Positions 56,352-64,000 of a stretch of 64,000 nucleotides of DNA are shown piece after piece (within the stretch, counting starts at the first letter, position 1; every line of letters begins with the position of its first letter). A model generated the notes under the pieces. That model saw nothing but the letters and a program-made list of their open reading frames with translations. It had not been told where the DNA came from and ran no database searches. The stretch lies in contig JANLFN010000002.1 in NCBI GenBank assembly GCA_024655885.1, positions 214,179 to 278,178 of the forward strand, in the 5' to 3' direction. The translations under genes and the position numbers were made by a program. The stretch is from Eubacteriales bacterium (GTDB lineage: Bacteria > Bacillota > Clostridia > Acetivibrionales > JANLFN01).

Positions 56352-56403
56352 AAAAAAGGGACTATCTCAAATCAGATTTTCTGATTTTGAGACAGCCCCT
56401 TTA
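56352..56403. terminator. long hairpin flanked by A6 / T3 (aaaaaaGGGACTATCTCAAATCAG-atttt-CTGATTTTGAGACAGCCCCttt)
   Basis: Read directly, with one bulged T. It works best as a minus-strand terminator (U6 follows) and more weakly as a plus-strand terminator for the flavoprotein gene. Confidence 0.5.
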
Positions 56404-56470
56404 TAATCCAATGCAATCGCTCTTGCAGCTAATGTTGGATTTACTGATTCAACCATATTAAACCCCTCTG

Positions 56471-56659
56471 TTATAGAGATTTTAAATAGTCTTCTATCAT
56501 TTCCCTTTCTTTCCCAGTTGTTAACGAAGACACTTCATCCCTTCTTGCAGCAATTTTTATAGTTTGATAATTCGGTGCAATTATTTGCTCTATTTCATGT
56601 TTTAAGAATATCCACTTCTTTCCCAGCTTTTTTGCTGGGAGCTTTCCGGCTTTAATCAT
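56471..56659 (-). pseudogene. 5'-truncated excisionase-type HTH gene remnant
   Basis: The 62-aa ORF starts MIKAGKLPAKKLGKKWIFLKHEIEQII, which is only the second half of an HTH_17 domain. An in-frame TAA lies 4 codons upstream (56674-56672). Confidence 0.6.
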
Positions 56660-56671
56660 AATATAAAAGCG

Positions 56672-56866
56672 TTATCGGCCAGGTTAGGCCGCGCAAATGC
56701 ATCAACCACTCTAAACATATACAGTCATGCGCTAAAAAGTGTAGATAAGCAGGCCGCAGACATGATGAAAAACTTACTCACTCCGAAAAATTCAGGGGTA
56801 GAAAAAGGCAGGGATTATACCCTTCTTCTATTATATCTTAAGCTAAGTTTTAGTATCTTTTTATAA
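56672..56866 (+). mobile_element. 3' fragment of a tyrosine recombinase/phage integrase gene
   Basis: The plus frame reads LSARLGRANASTTLNIYSHALKSVDKQAADMMKNLLTPKNSG..., which is the integrase C-terminal box (LGH...STT...YSH) with the catalytic Tyr. An in-frame stop at 56660-62 lies immediately upstream, so only about 65 codons remain. Confidence 0.65.
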
Positions 56867-56920
56867 CTTTGATAGTCAATTAGCAGCCATAATGTTATTA
56901 TGTAAATCAATATGAATATA

Positions 56921-56955
56921 TGGTAAAACCTTAGAAGCTTTATTGTTCTAAGGTT
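56921..56955 (-). terminator. terminator of the tRNA-Gly/tRNA-Arg transcription unit
   Basis: A 10-bp stem AACCUUAGAA / UUCUAAGGUU is followed by UUUACC on the minus-strand RNA, 5 nt after the tRNA-Arg CCA. Confidence 0.6.
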
Positions 56956-56960
56956 TCATT

Positions 56961-57037
<77 letters not shown>

Positions 57038-57135
57038 ATATTAAATTCAGACACCAGAAGTCAGACAGATTATTCGATTTAAGCTCCTATTTCGCTTTTT
57101 CCGGTATCCCGGCTTCATTTTCCATTCCCTGTGTT

Positions 57136-57209
57136 TGGAGCGGGTGATGGGAATCGAACCCACGCAATCAGCTTGGAAGGCTGATGTTCTACCATTGAAC
57201 TACACCCGC
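57136..57209 (-). tRNA. tRNA-Gly (anticodon UCC), CCA encoded
   Basis: The reverse complement is GCGGGTGTAGTTCAATGGTAGAACATCAGCCTTCCAAGCTGATTGCGTGGGTTCGATTCCCATCACCCGCTCCA. Confidence 0.92.
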
Positions 57210-57238
57210 AAATCACATCACAGCCGCCGACTTAAAAT

Positions 57239-57267
57239 ATTATACAGGGTACTTTTTGATTTGTCAA
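57239..57267 (-). promoter_or_regulatory. consensus sigma-A promoter for the tRNA genes (TTGACA - 17 nt - TATAAT)
   Basis: The -35 is at 57267-57262 and the -10 at 57244-57239 on the minus strand, about 30 nt upstream of tRNA-Gly. Confidence 0.7.
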
Positions 57268-57280
57268 CACCAAACAAAGC

Positions 57281-57318
57281 TGTGCCGGTGCACATAAAAT
57301 ATATCCGGCACATTTTTT
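57281..57318. terminator. hairpin downstream of rdgB (TGTGCCGG / CCGGCACA, 16-nt loop)
   Basis: Read directly. A T6 run sits on the plus side and a T-rich tail on the minus side. It separates the rph-rdgB operon from the tRNA promoter. Confidence 0.5.
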
Positions 57319-57421
57319 CGGAAACTCCCCAAAGCCTTCAAATTGGAATCGTCGGTTCATCTCCATGTTAAGTCTTCCGGTGAAACCAGCCAATAAACCC
57401 CCAATGATGGTATCCAATGCT

Positions 57422-58033
57422 TTACAACGGCTCTTCATTCCACTTGAGCTCCCTCAGCTTTTCCACCATCAGCCTCAGCGCCTTGCCCCTGTGGCTTATC
57501 CTATGCTTGTGTTCCGGCTCCAGCTCGGCCGTGGTACAGTTGTACTCAGGCATAAAAAACAAAGGGTCATACCCGAAACCGTTGTTCCCCCTTGGTTCAG
57601 TGGCTATATAGCCTTCACAGGTTCCTCTGACGGTAAAGTGATTCCCACCCGGCAGCACAACGGCAATGGCGCATACGAACCTCGCCCTCCTTTTTTCGAA
57701 AGGGACGCCGTGAAGCATGCTTAAAAGCTTGTTGTTTCTGTCTTCATCCGTTGCACCTTCTCCTGCAAACCGGGAAGAAAATATTCCCGGGGCGCCGTTT
57801 AGAAAATCCACTTCCAGGCCGGAATCATCGGCCATAACCATTTCTCCCGTCAGTTTGTAGACCTCTTCCGCTTTGATTAACGCATTTTCCTCAAAGGTCT
57901 TGCCGTATTCCTCAATATCCCTGGTTATCCCCGCTTGCTCCATGGATATTACTTCGAAAGGAAAGTCTTTGAGTATCTCCCCAATTTCCTTGAGCTTTCC
58001 CCTATTCCTCGTGGCTGCTATAAATTTTTTCAT
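57422..58033 (-). CDS. rdgB: XTP/dITP diphosphatase (RdgB/HAM1)
   Basis: 203 aa with motifs [26 protein letters not shown] and FGYDPLF. Confidence 0.9.
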   Translation of the reverse strand: MKKFIAATRNRGKLKEIGEILKDFPFEVISMEQAGITRDIEEYGKTFEENALIKAEEVYKLTGEMVMADDSGLEVDFLNGAPGIFSSRFAGEGATDEDRNNKLLSMLHGVPFEKRRARFVCAIAVVLPGGNHFTVRGTCEGYIATEPRGNNGFGYDPLFFMPEYNCTTAELEPEHKHRISHRGKALRLMVEKLRELKWNEEPL

Positions 58034-58778
58034 CCTTGGTAACTCCCCCTATTTCATATGCCAGTTGGCCCAGGACTTCCTTCTGGACTTCTATCAGTTC
58101 TTTAATCCCCTTTTCCGCAAGTCTCAACATTTTATCAAACTGCTTTTTATTAAAAGGCGACCGCTCTCCCGTTGCCTGCACCTCTATCAGCTCTCCCGAC
58201 CCGGACATGACCACATTCATGTCCGCAGTGGCGTTGGAATCCTCTTCATAACACAAATCCAGCATTTCCTGGCCGTCCACAATGCCCACGCTGATGGCTG
58301 CCACAAAATCGGTTATGGGAAGCTTTTCCACAAGTCCGGCGTCCATAAGGCTTTTACACGCGTCGGTCATAGCTACGAAAGCCCCTGTGACGGAGGCGGT
58401 GCGGGTACCTCCGTCGGCCTGTATCACATCACAGTCAAGAATAATCTCCCTCTCCCCCAGAAGGCTGAAATTGACAACCGATCTTAAGGACCTGCCGATC
58501 AGTCTCTGTATCTCCTGGCTTCTTCCATTCTGCTTCAGCTTGCTTATGTCCCTCGGGTTCCTCACATGGGTTGCCCTGGGAAGCATGGCGTATTCCGCCG
58601 TCACCCAGCCCTCTCCCGTATTCTTCTTAAAGGGGGGAACCTTTTCATCCACAGAAGCCGTGCAAATCACCTTTGTGTCTCCCACTTCTATTAAAACGGA
58701 CCCTTCCGCATGTTTTACATAATTCCTCGTTATTCTTACAGACCTGGGTTCTGATAAATCTCTCCCGTCAATCCTCAA
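58002..58778 (-). CDS. rph: ribonuclease PH
   Basis: The track ORF 58002..58889 is over-extended. TTG at 58778 gives [20 protein letters not shown], the canonical RNase PH N-terminus, with AGGAAGGGA 5 nt upstream. The 3' end overlaps rdgB by 32 nt. Confidence 0.9.
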   Translation of the reverse strand: MRIDGRDLSEPRSVRITRNYVKHAEGSVLIEVGDTKVICTASVDEKVPPFKKNTGEGWVTAEYAMLPRATHVRNPRDISKLKQNGRSQEIQRLIGRSLRSVVNFSLLGEREIILDCDVIQADGGTRTASVTGAFVAMTDACKSLMDAGLVEKLPITDFVAAISVGIVDGQEMLDLCYEEDSNATADMNVVMSGSGELIEVQATGERSPFNKKQFDKMLRLAEKGIKELIEVQKEVLGQLAYEIGGVTKDEKIYSSHEE

Positions 58779-58803
58779 ATAAATCCCTTCCTTTCCACAC
58801 GCT

Positions 58804-59889
58804 CTAATCAAATATTTCATTGATGCCCACAGGTATCGGAATCGCCTCGCCAATATCGGTGCCTTCAGGCAAAGTGCCTTTTTTTCCATCGATTAAAATT
58901 TGCGCTTTTTCTACGCCCTTTATTTGCCGCATGGAGTATAAAATCTGCTTCAAAATGGCGTCTTCCCTGGAATTGCCTCCGTAATTCCTTATTTCCGTAT
59001 TGAAGTTCAAGGTGATGGTATCGCCGTTAACGCTGCTTCCCAGCAGTTTTACTCCTGATGGAAGCTCGGTATAAAGCTTTCTCTTATCGTATTCTTTCCC
59101 GAGAGAGGCAATGATATTAGAAGGCAGATCTCCCTCTTGTTCATTCTTGAATTCTACCGATACGGGAAGCAAATAAATATATTGGTCACTTAAATGTTTA
59201 AACAAATAGGCATCCAGCTTGTGCATCCCTTTGTCCTTGCTGATCCTGTCCGAATTGATTAAAATGCTTTCCCTGTCCAGGTTTCCCGATATATCGGTAT
59301 TATACTTGAGTTTTCCCTGGTGACGCCCGTTTATCAAGATTTTAACGCTGTCTACCGTTTTAAATTCCGTGAGCGTATAGACAACAGCGCATACGATGTT
59401 CTTTTCCTCTTTTTCACTGCCGTAGTTCAGCAGCTTTTCATTGAAATCTACAATGGCAGTGCCCTGTTTAATATTAATTCCCAATACCTTTGTCCCTTCG
59501 GGAAGTACCGGATACAATTCATAATAGCCCAGCTCCTCCCTTGCGATGGTGCCGTCTATCAGTGCCCCAATGGCTGCCCTGGCAATGCCCTCCTGTCTTT
59601 CCACCTTTCTGGTAACTGGAATCAGGTCCCCATCCCTGTCCTGGTAATACAGGGTTACGGATAATTGGCCGCTGCCGGCATTTTTGGGGCTGCTGTCCGG
59701 CTTGCTCCCGGTTTCGTTCACTTTTGTATCCGCCGACGCTTCATTTTTTACAGGGATGCTGTTATTGTCCGAAGCGGCGGTTTTTTTCACGCTGCCGGCA
59801 GTACCATCCGCATTCTTTCTCATCGGAAGTGAACACCCCGAAAGAAATATGAATACAGCCATGGAAAATAAAACCAATCTCCTCTTCAT
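58804..59889 (-). CDS. gerM: GerM-like germination lipoprotein (two GerMN domains)
   Basis: ORF 58804..59913. ATG 59889 ([19 protein letters not shown], with a lipobox) has AAGGGGG upstream. Its position upstream of rph-rdgB matches the Bacillus gerM neighbourhood. Confidence 0.75.
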   Translation of the reverse strand: MKRRLVLFSMAVFIFLSGCSLPMRKNADGTAGSVKKTAASDNNSIPVKNEASADTKVNETGSKPDSSPKNAGSGQLSVTLYYQDRDGDLIPVTRKVERQEGIARAAIGALIDGTIAREELGYYELYPVLPEGTKVLGINIKQGTAIVDFNEKLLNYGSEKEEKNIVCAVVYTLTEFKTVDSVKILINGRHQGKLKYNTDISGNLDRESILINSDRISKDKGMHKLDAYLFKHLSDQYIYLLPVSVEFKNEQEGDLPSNIIASLGKEYDKRKLYTELPSGVKLLGSSVNGDTITLNFNTEIRNYGGNSREDAILKQILYSMRQIKGVEKAQILIDGKKGTLPEGTDIGEAIPIPVGINEIFD

Positions 59890-60001
59890 ACTTATCCCCC
59901 TTACAGAAAGCATATAGTCTTTACCGTAATTATAGACAAATATGGAGCAGTACCATTACTTATTTCCCATGTCCTACTTTATATTACCACAAATTGCCGT
60001 C

Positions 60002-60032
60002 AAAAAAAACAGGAGGGTGAAAAAACTCCTGT
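60002..60032 (-). terminator. rho-independent terminator after the amidase gene
   Basis: On the minus-strand RNA the stem is ACAGGAG-uuuuuucaccc-CUCCUGU, followed by U8. Confidence 0.65.
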
Positions 60033-60088
60033 CTTCGTATACCTTATGCCCATAAGCGGGGCCGGGCTTATCCCCCGCCCATCCGGAG

Positions 60089-61768
60089 CTACTTTATTTC
60101 CCTGAGAGCCTGCTCTATGGCATTGCACAGCGCCGCAGCGGCATTCTGCCTGAAGGAATCCGTTTTCAGGTTGCCCATATCCTTTTTATTTGTCATAAAC
60201 GCGACCTCCGCCAGTGAAGCCGTCATTTTGGTAGCTTTGAGCACAACCAGTTTGGGCCGCTCGCTCAGCTTTCTATTGGTGGTCTTCAGCTTGCCAACAA
60301 GGTTTTCCTGTATAATCTGCGCGAACCGGTTGTTGGTGAGGCTGTTATTCTGGGGTGTAACAGGGTTGAACAGCGTCATGGTCCCTCCGTAGTCCGGGTT
60401 GTCCAGGGCATTATTATGAATGCTCAAAAAAAGCGCGGCATTCAGGTCATTGGCTATATAGGCCCTTTCATACAGCCCTACATAGATATCATCGCTCCTT
60501 ATCATGTAGGTTTTAATATTTTTTCCCTTCAAAAGGGCGTTGAGCCTGAGTGCGATGTCAAGGTTCAGGTCTTTTTCATAGATCCCGCCGTAAATGGCAC
60601 CGGGCTCCACTCCACCGTGCCCCGCATCAATGACAACCAGCTTATCCTTCCTGGAAGCAGGCTTTAAGATGCAAATGGCGGTGTCGTTGGTCTGGGGCCT
60701 TGTAATAATCTCATAGAAAAATTTATCCTTCGCATTAAAAACCATGCGGGTGGTTCCGGCCTTCTCATCCTTTTCAATTTCCACCGTATCTAACAGGCTG
60801 TCATTGATTTTAAACACCCCTGTACCGATTTCCCCCTGGGTGCTGGGAAAGGTTATGGTGTATTTGGTTCCTTTCTCATCAAACTTGCCTGTATACAGCT
60901 TCTTCATATCCTCGTCCCCCTCGGTCAGCTTCACCCCCTTCAAGCTGAAAAATACCCTGTCGCTGCTGTTGTCATAAACAATATTCTCATAGGTGGGCTT
61001 CTCCACGCTGATAACCAGCTGGTCCGCCTTTTCTTCCACCTGATACTGGGCCTGTCCGTTCAAATCCAGGACAACCCTGGCATTGTTCCCATTATACCTG
61101 GCATACCTCACCGCATTGACAAAGTTTCCCTTGGTTTCTATTTTGGTTTCCTTGTCCGGCGCCTGGGTGCCGGGGATATCGATTACGATCCTGTCCGGTT
61201 TGGTCAGTCTCAGTACATTGCTCCCTTTATAGCTGTCCATGGACAGGGTAACCAGGTCCTTTTCGCCGCTGCTGGAAAACTGCACATCCTTCAGCGTATT
61301 CTTGACGGTATCTATGGTTATGAGGCCTTCCTTGGGAAACCAGCCCACGCTCATGTTCATCTGCTTGTCCATAAAGCTCACCGGTATCGTCAGCCTGTTA
61401 TTGACCATCCTTGCGGCTGCGTCCATCTTGACCGGACTGCCGTTTAGCTTTGCGGTGGCGTCGTTTTCCTTGAACTCAATGCTCATGTTGTTGTATTTTA
61501 CGCTCATCTTCCGGGTGGACGCATTCCAGTTCACCGTGGCGCCCAGTTTTTCAAAGACAGCCCGCACCGGCACCATGGAGCGGCTGTTTATAATTACAGG
61601 AGGCACATCGGTACTCACCGTTTCGTCATTGATTTTCAGGGTGTAGATTTTTCCTGTATACTTGAGGGTTTTGCCGTCATAGGTTAACAGAAGGTCTTTG
61701 GAAAAAGCATCCACAGAGAAAAGGGAAAGAACTAAAACACATAAAACCGCCATTGCAATTTTTTTCAT
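60089..61768 (-). CDS. N-acetylmuramoyl-L-alanine amidase (copper-amine-oxidase-like stalk + AMIN + Amidase_3)
   Basis: 559 aa with a signal peptide. The N-terminal Cu_amine_oxidN1-like domain has MVPVRAVFEKLGATVNW. The AMIN-like region has RIVIDIPG. The catalytic domain has VVIDAGHGG..PGA and SIHNNA. Confidence 0.85.
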   Translation of the reverse strand: MKKIAMAVLCVLVLSLFSVDAFSKDLLLTYDGKTLKYTGKIYTLKINDETVSTDVPPVIINSRSMVPVRAVFEKLGATVNWNASTRKMSVKYNNMSIEFKENDATAKLNGSPVKMDAAARMVNNRLTIPVSFMDKQMNMSVGWFPKEGLITIDTVKNTLKDVQFSSSGEKDLVTLSMDSYKGSNVLRLTKPDRIVIDIPGTQAPDKETKIETKGNFVNAVRYARYNGNNARVVLDLNGQAQYQVEEKADQLVISVEKPTYENIVYDNSSDRVFFSLKGVKLTEGDEDMKKLYTGKFDEKGTKYTITFPSTQGEIGTGVFKINDSLLDTVEIEKDEKAGTTRMVFNAKDKFFYEIITRPQTNDTAICILKPASRKDKLVVIDAGHGGVEPGAIYGGIYEKDLNLDIALRLNALLKGKNIKTYMIRSDDIYVGLYERAYIANDLNAALFLSIHNNALDNPDYGGTMTLFNPVTPQNNSLTNNRFAQIIQENLVGKLKTTNRKLSERPKLVVLKATKMTASLAEVAFMTNKKDMGNLKTDSFRQNAAAALCNAIEQALREIK

Positions 61769-61948
61769 AAGAAATACCCCGTTTATTCATCCTTTGTAAG
61801 TCTATTGCGGGTGCAAAAACATAAAGCCTGTTCGGGCAGCCCGCTCATCAGCCTGTAGTTTTCAGCCTCCTACTCTTATACTTCGGCAAAATTTTCTAAT
61901 TTCCTCCTGGTTTTTCGTTTTTTAATCATTTTGTAATATAAGTGTAAT

Positions 61949-62482
61949 TTATTTTCCGGTTCTCTGTTTCGACTCATTGTATGACAGGATGCAGCCGCAG
62001 AACCTTTGCCTGTACAGGCCCATTTCCTTTGCCTCCTGCTGTCCCTGGCGGAACCCCGGCCTAAAGTCCCTGTAATAGAACCCCACTCCGTATCTTTCGG
62101 CAAATTTTCCGCCTAATTCCTTGATCAGATCATGCTTCTGGTAGGGACTTACCAGAAGGGTGGTGGTAAAAGCATCAAAGCCGTGTTCCTTTGAAAATGC
62201 CGCCGCCCTGTCCAGGCGCAGGCTGTAGCACATCCGGCATCTTTCATCTCCGGAACCCTTAAAGTTTTCCCATACATCCTGCTTAAAGTCGTCGGTGTAG
62301 CTGACCCGAATCCCTTTTTGCAGCGAAAACTTCTCCACGTTTTCCCTGCGCTTTATAAACTCGTCCCTGGGGTGTATATTTGGATTATAAAAAAAGCCCT
62401 CAAAAGAAACGCCTTCTTCCTGCAATACCCTTGCAGGATATACCGAACACGGTGCACAGCACATGTGCAGCAGCAGTTTCAT
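61949..62482 (-). CDS. queH: epoxyqueuosine reductase QueH (DUF208)
   Basis: 177 aa: MKLLLHMCCAPCSVYP...FFYNPNIHP...C..CY..RL. Confidence 0.85.
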   Translation of the reverse strand: MKLLLHMCCAPCSVYPARVLQEEGVSFEGFFYNPNIHPRDEFIKRRENVEKFSLQKGIRVSYTDDFKQDVWENFKGSGDERCRMCYSLRLDRAAAFSKEHGFDAFTTTLLVSPYQKHDLIKELGGKFAERYGVGFYYRDFRPGFRQGQQEAKEMGLYRQRFCGCILSYNESKQRTGK

Positions 62483-62612
62483 CCTTCTTCATCTCCGGTT
62501 AATGGTTATCGTTTTTTCGTATTGTCCGAATGCTGAGGTATTGGCTGCGCCAATGCGGAGTGCCGGAATCACTTTGAAACTTCCCGGTCGATTTATGGGC
62601 CTCAGCCTGTGT

Positions 62613-63608
62613 TTAATCCTGGTACTTTAACCCCAGATGCTCGTAAGCCAGCTTTGTGGCAACGCGGCCCCTGGGAGTCTTGTTGATAAAGCCCAGCTGA
62701 AGCAGGTACGGCTCGTAAACATCCTCAATGGTTTCGGTCTCCTCCCCTATGGACGCCGCCAGCGTATCCAGGCCTACCGGACCTCCTGCAAACTTGTTTA
62801 TTATGCTCGCAAGCATATTCCTATCCACCCCGTCCAGGCCTATTCCGTCAACCTCAAGGGCTTCCAGCCCCATCCTGGCCACATCCAGGCTGATAAAACC
62901 GTTTGCCCGCACCTGAGCAAAGTCCCTGATCCTCTTCAACAGCCTGTTTGCAATTCTCGGGGTGCCCCTGGAGCGCTTTGCAATCTCCCTTGCGCCTTCG
63001 TCGTCAATCCCTATGTTGAGTATGGCCGCCGACCTTTTTACAATGTACTCCAGCTCTTCGGGATTATACAATTCCAGCCGGTTGATCACGCCGAACCTGT
63101 CCCTCAGGGGGGAAGTCAAGAGTCCGGCCCTGGTCGTTGCCCCCACCAGGGTAAATTTCGGGAGGTCAAGCCTTATGGACCGGGCACTGGGCCCCTTCCC
63201 GATAATGATGTCCAGGGCATAGTCTTCCATGGCGGGATAAAGTATTTCCTCCACGCTCCTGTTCAGCCGGTGTATTTCATCAATAAAAAGCACGTCGTAG
63301 TTTCCCAGATTGGTCAAAATGGCCGCCAAATCCCCCGGCCTTTCTATGGCGGGACCCGATGTCACCCTTATATTTACACCCAGCTCGGAGGCAATGATCC
63401 CCGCCAGGGTCGTTTTACCCAGGCCGGGAGGCCCGTACAGGAGAACATGGTCCAGGGCCTCCTTTCTTTCTCTTGCGGCCTGGATAAATACCCGGAGGTT
63501 TTCCTTAACCTTGGTCTGTCCGATGTATTCATCCATTTTTCTGGGTCTCAAGCTTACCTCGTCGAAATCCTCCCTGCCGGCCTCACTGCTTACAATTCTC
63601 TCTTCCAT
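62613..63608 (-). CDS. ruvB: Holliday junction branch migration helicase RuvB
   Basis: 331 aa with Walker [10 protein letters not shown], Walker B FIDEIHR, and the sensor/arginine-finger regions. Confidence 0.97.
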   Translation of the reverse strand: MEERIVSSEAGREDFDEVSLRPRKMDEYIGQTKVKENLRVFIQAARERKEALDHVLLYGPPGLGKTTLAGIIASELGVNIRVTSGPAIERPGDLAAILTNLGNYDVLFIDEIHRLNRSVEEILYPAMEDYALDIIIGKGPSARSIRLDLPKFTLVGATTRAGLLTSPLRDRFGVINRLELYNPEELEYIVKRSAAILNIGIDDEGAREIAKRSRGTPRIANRLLKRIRDFAQVRANGFISLDVARMGLEALEVDGIGLDGVDRNMLASIINKFAGGPVGLDTLAASIGEETETIEDVYEPYLLQLGFINKTPRGRVATKLAYEHLGLKYQD

Positions 63609-63633
63609 TGGTCACCTCTTAATAAAAAGCCTT

Positions 63634-64000
63634 TTATCTTACCAGTCCCTTCAACGCCTTTTTAATCACCGATTCCAGGTCCATATCTTCCGAATAGACG
63701 GCAGATACCGCCCTGCTGGCCTCCAGCGGGGTGTATCCCAGCACCATCAGCGCGCTGACCGCTTCGGATATCCTTGAGCCATTCCCGGTCTCAACGGCGT
63801 TTTCTTCTCCATTTATGGAAATATTGTCCATGTGTTCCTTTTTTATCTTATCCTTAAGCTCCAGTATTATTCTCTGGGCTGTTTTAGCCCCTATGCCCTG
63901 GGCCCTGGTGAGGGTTTTAACATCCTCCGTAACAACGGCAAGGCAGAATTTAGACGGAGATACGCACGACAGCACCGATATGGCCGCTTTGGGGCCAATC
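63634..64000 (-). CDS. ruvA: Holliday junction DNA helicase RuvA (3' two thirds; the 5' end is beyond the window)
   Basis: The frame is open to the window edge (...IGPKAAISVLSCVSPSKF...GIGAKTAQRIILELKDK...LGYTPLEASRAV). The 'M' at 63975 in the track is an artefact. Confidence 0.9.
   Translation of the reverse strand, partial: IGPKAAISVLSCVSPSKFCLAVVTEDVKTLTRAQGIGAKTAQRIILELKDKIKKEHMDNISINGEENAVETGNGSRISEAVSALMVLGYTPLEASRAVSAVYSEDMDLESVIKKALKGLVR

Noticed and set aside
56300-56456. Two micro-ORFs: the 17-aa MGSCFFIFENTTNCCLL (+, 56300-56353) and the 29-aa MVESVNPTLAARAIALDYKGAVSKSENLI (-, 56367-56456, with GAGGGG RBS)
   Set aside because: Both lie in the decayed element scar and run into the large hairpin at 56352-56403. 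They are most likely fortuitous or remnants. There is no way to support coding status from the sequence alone.
51451-56960. Direct repeat of the tRNA-Arg 3' end that would delimit an island (att site)
   Set aside because: Reading the AT-rich spacers by eye, I found only a trivial 6-nt match (TGGCGT at about 53768). Island borders therefore remain undefined, and a computational repeat search is needed.
62637-63665. 342-aa plus-strand ORF opposite ruvB
   Set aside because: Shadow ORF. ruvB on the other strand has complete Walker A/B and sensor motifs.

Overview
This 64-kb chromosomal segment reads like an endospore-forming anaerobic Firmicute of the Clostridia type. GC is roughly 50% by eye, GGAGG ribosome-binding sites are strong, and about three quarters of the genes are on the minus strand. 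Most of it is core metabolism, translation and repair: punA, tyrS, infC-rpmI-rplT, thrC, folC, secA, ansA, metA, rph-rdgB, queH, ruvBA and polX. These are interleaved with many sporulation-associated genes: prkA-yhbH-spoVR, an alpha/beta SASP, DUF421+DUF4363, a D-Ala-D-Ala carboxypeptidase, gerM and a cell-wall amidase. Six things are not routine. (1) An orphan four-gene Tad/Flp-type operon (11.7-16.8 kb) has two oversized TadE-like proteins, a 799-aa TadG-like protein and an A24 prepilin peptidase, but no ATPase, platform or pilin gene. This is my best candidate for an undescribed system. (2) A yybP-ykoY (Mn2+) riboswitch with a readable terminator/antiterminator sits in front of a CaCA-family cation antiporter. 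(3) An L20-leader-type attenuator and an AUU start codon are at infC. (4) A decayed accessory patch (about 51.5-56.9 kb) lies next to tRNA-Arg(UCU)/tRNA-Gly(UCC). It holds an oxalate-decarboxylase pseudogene (frameshift plus in-frame TGA), a GC-richer enoate-reductase-type flavoprotein, a truncated HTH gene and a tyrosine-integrase 3' stub. (5) Two proteins contain tandem DNA repeats: a Pro/Met-rich 30-bp repeat protein and a 3 x 240-bp DUF2680-like protein. (6) A 53-aa Cys-rich ORF falls below the ORF-track cutoff. I saw no CRISPR array, rRNA or intact IS/transposase. All calls come from reading the sequence and the supplied translations by eye. No database or folding searches were run, so family names are pattern recognition, not hits.
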